Assembly: GCA_965228895.1 (NCBI GenBank) | Contig: OZ245842.1 | Coordinates: forward strand, 640,001 to 704,000 | Source of the DNA: Alphaproteobacteria bacterium | GTDB lineage: Bacteria > Pseudomonadota > Alphaproteobacteria > SP197 | Length of the DNA: 64,000 bases | Direction: 5' to 3' | In this document: positions 9,782 to 18,391 of the stretch, in pieces | How positions within the stretch are numbered: position 1 is the first letter of the stretch | Layout of the letters: every line of letters begins with the position of its first letter | Notes under the pieces: generated by a model | Database searches by the model: none | What the model was told of the DNA's origin: nothing | The model's input: the letters and a program-made list of their open reading frames with translations, nothing else | Translations under genes and position numbers: made by a program

Positions 9782-12049
9782 ATGAATAAATCACCGTCGG
9801 CCAACCGATGGAAACGCTACGACGTGTGGGATGACCGTCCCTTGCGCCTCGACGGATTTGCACCCGATAGCCCCGAGGACGGGTTCCGTGCAACCGACAG
9901 CCCGACCGACCCGTCACCCTCACTGCGTATCGATGATGGCGCGGTCGTCGAGATGGATGGCGTGGAGGCCGACCGCTTCGATATGATCGACGCCTTCATT
10001 GCGCGCTATCACCTTGATCTCGAGGTGGCGGAGGAAGCGATGGCCGTCGAGAGCGCGGATTTCGCCCGCCGCCTGATCGACGTCAATGTACCGCGTGATG
10101 ACGTTATCCGGTTGGCGCGCGGCATGACGCCGGCGAAACTGTGCGAGGTCATGGCGTGCCTGAACACGCTGGAGCTTTCGTTTGCGCAGACCAAACTTCG
10201 CGCGCGCAAGGCGCCGGGCAATCAGGCGCACGTGACCAACGCGAAGGATGATCCCGTGCAGATGGTTGCCGATGCGGCGACGGCGGCGGCCATGGGATTT
10301 GATGAAGTCGAGACCACCATGCGGGTCGCGCGCAATTCATGGTCCAATGCGCTTGCCTGTTTGATCGGCGCGACGGTCGGCAAACCGGGAACCCTTGTGC
10401 AGTGCGCCTGCGAAGAAGCCGAAGAGCTTAAGCTTGGCATGGCAGGCCTCACCTCCTATGCCGAGACCATCTCGGTCTATGGCACCGAGGGGTCGTTCAT
10501 CGACGGCGATGATACGCCGTGGTCGAAGGCGTTTTTGATTGCGGCCTATGCGTCGCGCGGCATCAAGTCGCGGTGCACGTCCGGTGGCGGCTCCGAACTC
10601 CTGATGGGGTTCCACGATGCCAAGTCACTGCTGTACCTCGAAGCGCGATGTCTTTGCGTACAGCGCGGCATGGGTGTTCAGGGTACGCAAAACGGCGGCA
10701 TAGACGGCGCGCCGGTAACGTCGTCGATCGCCGGCGGCATGCGCGAAATCCTGGCTGAAAACGTTCTGGCCGCTTTGTTGGACCTGGAATGCGCGTCTGG
10801 CAACGACACGCGTATCAGCGAGTCGGAGATCCGCGTCGGCGCCAAGATCATGCCCCATCTCATGTCCGGCACCGACTTCCTTTGCTCCGGTTTCGGGTCG
10901 GTGCCGGCTTACGACAACTCGTTCGCTGCGTCGCTGTTCAACGCCGAGGAGATCGAGGATTTTCTGACACTGCAACGCGATTTCGAGTTGGACGGCGGTC
11001 TGCGGCACATGCCGGAAGATGATGTCATGACATTGCGCCGCCGCGCTATTGATGCGTTGAAAGCCGTCTATGGCGAGCTGGGCCTTGCCGAGCTGAGCGA
11101 GCAACAAAAGACAAGCGCGTGTTATGCCAGCGGCTCCCAAGACACCGTGGCGTTTCGTTTCACGGAAGTCGGCCGGATCTCCGAACAGATCCGCGACCGC
11201 GGTATCACCTTGATCGACGTCATCGGCGCGTTGGCGCGAAGCGGGTTTGAAGATGTCGCGGAAAACCTGCTGGCACTGTGGCGCCAGCGCGTCAGCGGCG
11301 ATTATCTGCAGACAGCGGCGATCGTACGGGATGGCGTGGTCGTCAGCGCCGTCAACGATCCCAACGACTATGCCGGACCGCAGACGGGCTATCGCCTTTC
11401 ACCGGACCGCCACCAAGAGATCGCCCGGGTACGCGGCATCATGACCAAGGATCAGATCGTCGAGCTGGAGGAGCGCCATGCGACAGCGGAACGGCGGCGC
11501 TACCACATGGAGCCGGTCGGTCCGGCCGCAAAGGGCAATGGCGTTAACGAGGTTGTCATCGGGCTCAGCCCTGCCTTCGGAGAACGCCTGCACCGCACGA
11601 CATCGGGACTCTATCTGTCGCAAGTGCTGGCGGCCTTGGTCGACGGTATCAAGGAAGGTGGCGGGACAGCCCATGTGGTCCGCATACGCCACACCGCCGA
11701 CACATCGTTCCTGGGCCTGACGGCGGCTAGACTTTCCAACTCCGGAATCGGTATCGGCATTCAGGCGAAGGGAACGGCCGTCATTCACACCGCGCAGGAT
11801 GAACCGCATATGAACCTTGAGCTTTTTTCCCAGGCGCCGATTACGACTCTCGACCATTATCATGGCATGGGCCGCAATGCTGCCGCCTATGCGCAGGGTC
11901 TCGATCCCGAGCCGATCAGTATTCCCTATCGCGGCGAGGCATTGGGCGCGCGCTATCATGTTCAGACGTCGCTGATCTATGCCATCGAAACGGCGATGTT
12001 GGACCCCGACGCCGAACCGCAAACGTTGGAGGTGACGTTTCATGGCTGA
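9782..12049 (+). CDS. Adenosylcobalamin-dependent diol/glycerol dehydratase homolog, large (alpha) + medium (beta) subunit fusion
   Basis: PduC motifs QAHVTN, YAETISVYGTE, DGDDTPWSKAFL, SAVNDPNDYAGP, then in-frame PduD motifs EVVIGLSPAFG, GIGIGIQAKGT, NLELFSQAP. Confidence 0.9.
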   Translation: MNKSPSANRWKRYDVWDDRPLRLDGFAPDSPEDGFRATDSPTDPSPSLRIDDGAVVEMDGVEADRFDMIDAFIARYHLDLEVAEEAMAVESADFARRLIDVNVPRDDVIRLARGMTPAKLCEVMACLNTLELSFAQTKLRARKAPGNQAHVTNAKDDPVQMVADAATAAAMGFDEVETTMRVARNSWSNALACLIGATVGKPGTLVQCACEEAEELKLGMAGLTSYAETISVYGTEGSFIDGDDTPWSKAFLIAAYASRGIKSRCTSGGGSELLMGFHDAKSLLYLEARCLCVQRGMGVQGTQNGGIDGAPVTSSIAGGMREILAENVLAALLDLECASGNDTRISESEIRVGAKIMPHLMSGTDFLCSGFGSVPAYDNSFAASLFNAEEIEDFLTLQRDFELDGGLRHMPEDDVMTLRRRAIDALKAVYGELGLAELSEQQKTSACYASGSQDTVAFRFTEVGRISEQIRDRGITLIDVIGALARSGFEDVAENLLALWRQRVSGDYLQTAAIVRDGVVVSAVNDPNDYAGPQTGYRLSPDRHQEIARVRGIMTKDQIVELEERHATAERRRYHMEPVGPAAKGNGVNEVVIGLSPAFGERLHRTTSGLYLSQVLAALVDGIKEGGGTAHVVRIRHTADTSFLGLTAARLSNSGIGIGIQAKGTAVIHTAQDEPHMNLELFSQAPITTLDHYHGMGRNAAAYAQGLDPEPISIPYRGEALGARYHVQTSLIYAIETAMLDPDAEPQTLEVTFHG

Positions 12050-12473
12050 CAAACGCGATCAGGTCGAAGCGCTCTATCCGGCCAGCGAAAAACAGCAGGA
12101 TCGATTGACCACACCCGGCGGCCACACACTCAGCGATCTGACACTGCCGAACGTGTTGGCGGGAGGGCTTGGGACCGGTGATCTCGGTATCTCACCGGAT
12201 GCCTTGCGCCTGCAACGCGATGTCGCCGAGGCGACCGGCCGGTCTTGTTTGGCAGAGAACTTCGAGCGCGGTGCGGAACTGACCGGTGTCTCTCAGGACG
12301 AGATCTTCGCGACCTACAATCTGTTGCGTCCGGGACGCGCCGAAAGCAAACAGGAGCTTCTCGACCTCGCGCGGCGCTATCGTGACGAACACAACGCGCC
12401 CGAGATCGCCGGTCTGATCGAAGACGCCGCGGAAACGTACGAGAGACGTGGGCTGTTTCGTACCCGCTACTAG
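12042..12473 (+). CDS. Diol/glycerol dehydratase small (gamma) subunit
   Basis: YP..EK, TPGG..L..LTL, LAENFERGAEL, YNLLRP, AAETYERRGL; overlaps the upstream gene. Confidence 0.9.
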   Translation: MADKRDQVEALYPASEKQQDRLTTPGGHTLSDLTLPNVLAGGLGTGDLGISPDALRLQRDVAEATGRSCLAENFERGAELTGVSQDEIFATYNLLRPGRAESKQELLDLARRYRDEHNAPEIAGLIEDAAETYERRGLFRTRY

Positions 12474-12534
12474 TTAGCGAGGGCGCCGACGACGCCTATC
12501 AATTGCCCAACATCAACGTCTGGGGAGGAAACCG

Positions 12535-12936
12535 TTGGTTACGCATGAGAGTTTCACCAAGTGGCTCGACGCCTATGGCAGTGCCTGGGTTAACCAGAAC
12601 CCGGACGGCACCCTGGCTCTCTTCACCGATGACGCCACCTATATGTACACGCCGTTCCACAAGATCATGAAAGGCAAGGACGAGATTCGCCGCTACGTCG
12701 AGAAGGGCGCCGTTGGTCTACAGGAGGATATCGAATTCGACTACGAGGTCCTGGCCGTCACGGACGCGTACGGTATTAACCGATGGAAAGCGGCCTTGAC
12801 GTGGAAGGAGACCGGCGAGCGCCTCCACTTTGACGGCATCTATCAGGTCTTCTTGAACGACGACAACCTATGCCATCGCTTCGACGAGTGGTGGCATGCA
12901 AATCCACCGCTACCCGAAGACAACGCACCGGAATAG
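12535..12936 (+). CDS. SnoaL-like/NTF2-fold protein
   Basis: WLDAYGSAW, LFTDDATY, G.DEIRRY, FDEWW pattern; RBS gagga before TTG. Confidence 0.75.
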   Translation: MVTHESFTKWLDAYGSAWVNQNPDGTLALFTDDATYMYTPFHKIMKGKDEIRRYVEKGAVGLQEDIEFDYEVLAVTDAYGINRWKAALTWKETGERLHFDGIYQVFLNDDNLCHRFDEWWHANPPLPEDNAPE

Positions 12937-12971
12937 GGACTTTCGGCTGGTGATGCCGCGTTACAATGCAC

Positions 12972-14504
12972 TCAAGCGATCGCGCCGACGACGCGTACGC
13001 GGGCGCGCAGGCTGTTGCCCGGCATATAGGCAAGCGGCAGGTCCTCAACCTCGACCAACTCCAGGCTTTCGGCATCCGCGCCCGCCTCGACCGCACGTCT
13101 TTCGGCGATACCACGCGCCTCGGCGATAGCGTCTTCGCGCGACAGACCTTGAAAGATCTGGTCGCACTCACCGGAGATCTGGGCAATCGCAGCGCCGACC
13201 GCATTGGCGACCTCGCCGTGTTCGACATGGATGACGTCGCTGACGCCGGCAATCTGATCAGGCACCAGAAAGGCGCCGCCGCCGACGGCAATGACCGGCA
13301 CGTCGCCGGCTTCGGTCTTCATGCGGTCAATTGCGACCGCGGTCATCTCGCGCATGGCCGCTATTGTTTCCTCGACCATCGCCTTGGGCAGGTCATCGAC
13401 CTTGTCGCGATCACCCAGGTCAATCAGGCCCTGGGCAACGGCGATGTCGGTTGCCGTCAGGTCGGGCCCGCCAAAGACGAGCCCGCGCTCGGTCAGCCGG
13501 TAGCCCGTACTCTCGGGGCCGATGGTGAGGGGATCTCTACCAATGAGCGTGCCGCCGCCGAGCGCGATGGAAAGTAGATCCGGCATCCGGAACAAGGTTC
13601 TGACACCGCCAATCTCGACGACGTTGTTGGCTTCGCGCGGAAAACCCGATTTCAGCATGCCGATATCGGTCGTTGTGCCGCCGACATCGACGACCATGGC
13701 GTCGGAAAGCCGGGACAGGAATGCCGCGCCGCGCATACTGTTGGTCGGGCCTGAAGCGAAACTGAACACCGGATACTTTTCGGCGACGTCGGCCAGCATC
13801 ACCGTGCCGTCGTTCTGGGTCAGGTAAAGCTGCGCTGTGATACCGCTGGTTTCGATCGCTTTGGTGAAGGCGGCTGTCGTCTTCTTGGCGAGGTCCTGCA
13901 GGCTGGCGTTCAGCAACGTGGCGTTCTCGCGTTCCAAGAGCCCGATGCGACCGAGCGCGCTGGAGCGGGTAACCGCGACGTCCGGACATTCCTCGGCAAG
14001 GATCGCGGCGGCCTGGTCCTCCAACTCGCTCGTCAGCGGTGAAAAAACAGAGGTGACGCCGACAGCCGTATAGCCGGCATCGCCAATGCGCTTTGCCGCC
14101 TCGCGCATGCCGGCTTCGTCAAACGGGGCAATGGGACGGCCGTCATACTCGTGGCCGCCCTGCAGCATGACGATCTCGCCCCGGACCTCCTCAGCGAGAT
14201 CGTCCGGCCAATCGATGAACGGCTCCAATGATGCGCTGGCCGGCAGGCAGATGCGAATGGCCGCGACCTTCGCGACGTCGCGCCGCTGGGCAACGGCGTT
14301 GGTGAAATGCGTGGTGCCGATCATGACGGCATCCAGGCCGGTCGGGTCGGCCGATGTCTGGGCCAAGACCTGCTTCAGGGCCTTGGTAATGCCCGACATC
14401 ACGTCTTCGGTCGTCGGCGTCTTGACCGAGCCGACGATGACATCGTCCTCGACCAGGACCGCGTCCGTGTTGGTGCCGCCGACGTCGATGCCGATGCGTT
14501 TCAT
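12972..14504 (-). CDS. Hydantoinase/oxoprolinase A-family protein (short type usually linked to DUF917)
   Basis: GIDVGGTNTD, SGPTNSMRGA, VDVGGTTTD, VANAVGAA. Confidence 0.9.
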   Translation of the reverse strand: MKRIGIDVGGTNTDAVLVEDDVIVGSVKTPTTEDVMSGITKALKQVLAQTSADPTGLDAVMIGTTHFTNAVAQRRDVAKVAAIRICLPASASLEPFIDWPDDLAEEVRGEIVMLQGGHEYDGRPIAPFDEAGMREAAKRIGDAGYTAVGVTSVFSPLTSELEDQAAAILAEECPDVAVTRSSALGRIGLLERENATLLNASLQDLAKKTTAAFTKAIETSGITAQLYLTQNDGTVMLADVAEKYPVFSFASGPTNSMRGAAFLSRLSDAMVVDVGGTTTDIGMLKSGFPREANNVVEIGGVRTLFRMPDLLSIALGGGTLIGRDPLTIGPESTGYRLTERGLVFGGPDLTATDIAVAQGLIDLGDRDKVDDLPKAMVEETIAAMREMTAVAIDRMKTEAGDVPVIAVGGGAFLVPDQIAGVSDVIHVEHGEVANAVGAAIAQISGECDQIFQGLSREDAIAEARGIAERRAVEAGADAESLELVEVEDLPLAYMPGNSLRARVRVVGAIA

Positions 14505-15607
14505 GCTGCGTCCTTCCCATTCGTCAGGGGGTGAGGGGAGTGATAGTCCATGTCATAGCCGAACGCCCGTGGCCCGACCACTTTGAGGGCGTGGGGCGTG
14601 GTCAGGACCGGTGCGGCGGGCAGTGAGACGATGACGACACGCTGGCCGTAGCGGATCGATTCCGTGCCGATCGCTTCGCCGTTGACCGCATCCAGAATGC
14701 AAATCAGATCGGGCACCATGACGCGGATCTCATTGTCGATGCTGCCGATCGTGAACTCGTTTTGAAAGTCGACGTCGAAGGTCTGACCGGCATAGCCGTC
14801 ACTTCCCGCGATGCGTGCCTTGCCCCGCACGAAGCCGTCCGTCGTGCGCCGGGCGACATCGACCACCTTGCCGCTGAACAAACGTAGACCGGCTTCGGCA
14901 TCAAGTACCGCATCACTGGGGTCCAGGTGACGACGCCGGGCCTCGGTGACCGCGCGGCCCAGGCGTATGGCGCGGCTGATGGAGCCGATGACGGCGTGGT
15001 CGCGAATCTGACGGCCGGTGCGCGGCGGTTTGCAGGTCGCGATCATCGCGCCGGTTTCCGTACAAAGCTTTCGGCCGATCCGCTCGGTCCATCGCGCGCT
15101 CGCGGTCTTCAGCAGCAGGACCTCGTTGTCACGGATGTCGGCCATGGCGATCGGATAAAGCGGCAGGTCGGCAATGACGAAGCTGGACATCTGCATTTCC
15201 GGGAAGGCGCGCCCGCGCGGGTCGGCGTCAAGCAGAGGAATATCCAACAGGGCCGCAACGACCAGAGGCAGAATGCCGTTTTCACCACCGATCTCCGACG
15301 ACATGACGGCGCGGAACGGCCGGCCCGTCAGATCCTGCATCATCTCGATAGGCCGGCAGATCTGCGCGGGATCGGGCAGTCGTTCCTTGGTGACCAGCGG
15401 CGCACCCATGAAACCGACCTCGGCGACCAGATCGTCGTTATCGAGGTCACATGGCTCGATCATTCCGACCCGCTTGCCCTCGCCGTAGAGTTTCTGAATG
15501 TTCAGCAGCTCGAGATAAGGATGGGTCCCACCACCGGTCCCCAAAATGCCCGTGCCGATCGCCAGAGCGGGCAGGTCATCGGCTTCGATGGGACGACGGC
15601 CCGTCAT
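14501..15607 (-). CDS. DUF917-family protein (paralog 3)
   Basis: GTGGG, MGAP, EIGGENG, DADPRGRAFPE, FQNEF, VPDLIC, VGPRAFG. Confidence 0.85.
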   Translation of the reverse strand: MTGRRPIEADDLPALAIGTGILGTGGGTHPYLELLNIQKLYGEGKRVGMIEPCDLDNDDLVAEVGFMGAPLVTKERLPDPAQICRPIEMMQDLTGRPFRAVMSSEIGGENGILPLVVAALLDIPLLDADPRGRAFPEMQMSSFVIADLPLYPIAMADIRDNEVLLLKTASARWTERIGRKLCTETGAMIATCKPPRTGRQIRDHAVIGSISRAIRLGRAVTEARRRHLDPSDAVLDAEAGLRLFSGKVVDVARRTTDGFVRGKARIAGSDGYAGQTFDVDFQNEFTIGSIDNEIRVMVPDLICILDAVNGEAIGTESIRYGQRVVIVSLPAAPVLTTPHALKVVGPRAFGYDMDYHSPHPLTNGKDAA

Positions 15608-16698
15608 GGGTCTGTTCCGAACAGCGACACGTAGTCGATGTCGTATCCGAAGGCGCGCGGGCCAACGAAGCTGAGACCGGCGTCGGAGGTCAGGATATCG
15701 GCGGCGGCAATCGCAACGATGCCAACGCGCAAACCATACCGAATGGTCTCGGTCCCGATCGCTTCGCCGGTATCGGCATCGAGGATGCAGATGAGGTCGG
15801 GCACCATCACCTTCAGCGCGCTATCGATCCAGGCGATGGTGAACTCGTTCTGAAAATCAACGTCGAAGATCTGACCTTCAAAATCATCCTGACCTTCAAT
15901 CCGGGCGCGCCCGCGCACGAAACCTGCCGTGGTTTGCCGCGCGACATCGACGACCTTGCCGCGGAACAGCAACAGGCCGTCTTCGGACTCCATGACCGCG
16001 GCGATGGGATCCGTGTGGGCCTTGCGTGCGCGGCGCACGGCACCGCCCAGCCGAATGGCGCGGCTGACGGTGCCGTGAACCGCATGGTCCTTGATCTCGC
16101 GCCCGGTTCGCGGCGGCCGGCACGTTGCGGCGATCGCACCCATCTCGGTGCAGAGGCGCCGGTTGATGCGCTCGACCCAGAGCGGCCCGCCGGCCTTCAT
16201 CATCAGGACCTCATTGTCGCGGATATCGGCCATGGCGAAGGGATAGAGCGGCAGGCCGCGAATCACGAAGCTCGACATCTGCATTTCGGGGAAGGCCCTG
16301 CCCATGCAATCGGCATCGACCACCGGGAGGTTCAGGAGAGCGGCGACCAGGAATGGCAAGACGCCGTTCTCCGCGCCGACTTCGCCCGCCATGACCGCAC
16401 TGAAGGTGGCGCCGGTCGCCTGGCGCATCATCTCGACCGGCCTGAGCGTGTGATGGGGATCGGGAAGGCGTTCCTTGGTGACCAGCGGCGCACCCATGAA
16501 GCCGAGTTCGGCAACGTGGTCATTGTCGTTGAGGTCATCGGGCGCAATCAGCGAAACACTGCGACCGGCGCGATAAAGCTTCTCGATGTTCAGCAGCTCG
16601 AAATAAGGATGGGTACCGCCGCCGGTTCCCAGAATGCCCGTCCCGATAGCGAGACTTCGCAAGTCATCGAAGGCCACAGGCGTGGTTGTCGCCATCAT
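15604..16698 (-). CDS. DUF917-family protein (paralog 2)
   Basis: Same motif set (DADCMGRAFPE); start ATG overlaps upstream TGA. Confidence 0.85.
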   Translation of the reverse strand: MMATTTPVAFDDLRSLAIGTGILGTGGGTHPYFELLNIEKLYRAGRSVSLIAPDDLNDNDHVAELGFMGAPLVTKERLPDPHHTLRPVEMMRQATGATFSAVMAGEVGAENGVLPFLVAALLNLPVVDADCMGRAFPEMQMSSFVIRGLPLYPFAMADIRDNEVLMMKAGGPLWVERINRRLCTEMGAIAATCRPPRTGREIKDHAVHGTVSRAIRLGGAVRRARKAHTDPIAAVMESEDGLLLFRGKVVDVARQTTAGFVRGRARIEGQDDFEGQIFDVDFQNEFTIAWIDSALKVMVPDLICILDADTGEAIGTETIRYGLRVGIVAIAAADILTSDAGLSFVGPRAFGYDIDYVSLFGTDP

Positions 16699-17780
16699 CA
16701 GCCGCCGTGAAGCGAGACGTAGTCGAGGTCGTAGCCGAAGGCGCGCGGTCCGACCCACTCAAGTCCTTCCGGCGACCGCTGCAGGGGATCGGCGGCCAAT
16801 GACAGGACGTCGACACGCTGGCCATAGCGAATGGTCTCGGTGCCCAGGGCCTCGCCGGTCACGCTGTCGAGAATGCAGATCAGATCGGGCACGGTGACGA
16901 CAACGTCGCCGTCACGCCAGCCGATCGAAAATTCGTTCTGGAAGTCGACGTTGAAAACCGATCCGGCAAAATCATCCAGACCGTCGATCTTGGCATAGCC
17001 GCGGACAAAGCCGTCGGTCATGCGCCGTGCGACGTCGGCCACTTTGCCGCGAAACAGCGCCACACCGTTTTCCGCCTGAAGCACAGCCTGGATCGGGTTT
17101 TCATGCCGCCGCCGCGCCGCGCGCACTGCCGCACCGAGCCTGAGCGCCCGTGATACCGAGCCCAGTATGGCGTGGTCCTTGATCTCACGTCCGGTGCGTG
17201 GCGCCGAACAGGTCGCGGCAATCGAGCCGACCTCGATGCAGGCCTGGCGTCCCAGCCGTTCCGTCCAGGTCGGGCTGGCGGTTTTGGTGAGGATGAGGTC
17301 GTTATCGCGGATATCACACATGGCAAATGGCGCCATGGAGAGGCCGCGAATGGCAAAGCTCGCCATCTGCGCTTCGGGAAACGCGCGGCCCATGGCATCC
17401 GCATCGACCATCGGCATGCCGGTGAGCGCACCGATGAGGAGCGGCAGCATCGAGTTTTCGCTGCCGATCTCGATCGACATGACGGCCTTGAAGGGCTTGC
17501 CCGTGAACGCCTCCATCAAGTGCAGAGGACGCACGGCGTGATCGGGATCGGGCAGACGTTCCTTGGTCACCAGCGGTGCGCCCATGAAACCAACCACCGC
17601 GATTGTGTCGTCGTCTTCCAGGTCCTGTGGGTCGACCATCGTGACGCGCTTGCCTTCGCCGTAGAGTTTCTGGATGTTGAGCAGCTCAAGATAGGGGTGA
17701 GTGCCGCCGCCGGTGCCGAGCACGCCCGCACCTGTCGCGAGGTCTTCGAGTTCGTCGGCTGTTATCTCGCGCAATGACAA
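16698..17780 (-). CDS. DUF917-family protein (paralog 1)
   Basis: Same motif set (DADAMGRAFPE); TTG start with ggagg RBS. Confidence 0.85.
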   Translation of the reverse strand: MSLREITADELEDLATGAGVLGTGGGTHPYLELLNIQKLYGEGKRVTMVDPQDLEDDDTIAVVGFMGAPLVTKERLPDPDHAVRPLHLMEAFTGKPFKAVMSIEIGSENSMLPLLIGALTGMPMVDADAMGRAFPEAQMASFAIRGLSMAPFAMCDIRDNDLILTKTASPTWTERLGRQACIEVGSIAATCSAPRTGREIKDHAILGSVSRALRLGAAVRAARRRHENPIQAVLQAENGVALFRGKVADVARRMTDGFVRGYAKIDGLDDFAGSVFNVDFQNEFSIGWRDGDVVVTVPDLICILDSVTGEALGTETIRYGQRVDVLSLAADPLQRSPEGLEWVGPRAFGYDLDYVSLHGG

Positions 17781-17789
17781 GGCGGCCTC

Positions 17790-18383
17790 CTAATCCAGTT
17801 TTTCGCCGCGGGACCAGCGTCGGGTCGCGGCAGCGACGCGGTGGCCGAACAAACGCGCCGTCAATCGATCGGTTTCGGGCGGCGAGGCGGGCGTCACCGC
17901 CTTGCCATCGGAATCCGCCATGGCGCCCAGGTAGCCGCCCTGGATGTTGTAACCTTCGGGCTTGCCCTGGCCGGTTCGGATGTCATTCATGGGATCCATA
18001 CCGACCCAGACCATGGCGTGCTGGGCGGCATAGACGGAGAGCGCCATCAAGACGCTTTGTTTGTCGCCGCTGGGTTCGCCGGCACAGGTGAAGCCGGCCG
18101 CGATCTTGTCGCGCCAACGCATGTCACCCCAGAAGGCGTCGGTCGCGTCCAGAAAAGCTTTCAGTTCGGCCGAGATGCCGCCGAAGTGGGTCGGACAGCC
18201 AAAGACGATGGCGTCGGCCTCGAACAGGCTGTCCCAGGGGACCGGATCGACGGCGACATCAACCAAAAGCGTCCTGACATCGCCGCCGTTCTCGGCGCCT
18301 TCTGCGATTTCCTTGGCGATGGCGGCGGTGTGACCCTTGCCGCTGTGAAAGCAGATGGCGATTGTGGTTTTTGCTTCGGCCAT
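17790..18383 (-). CDS. Flavodoxin-fold WrbA-like NAD(P)H oxidoreductase
   Basis: HSGKGHT, FGCPTHFGG, SGDK motifs. Confidence 0.85.
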   Translation of the reverse strand: MAEAKTTIAICFHSGKGHTAAIAKEIAEGAENGGDVRTLLVDVAVDPVPWDSLFEADAIVFGCPTHFGGISAELKAFLDATDAFWGDMRWRDKIAAGFTCAGEPSGDKQSVLMALSVYAAQHAMVWVGMDPMNDIRTGQGKPEGYNIQGGYLGAMADSDGKAVTPASPPETDRLTARLFGHRVAAATRRWSRGEKLD

Positions 18384-18391
18384 GGCAGGCG

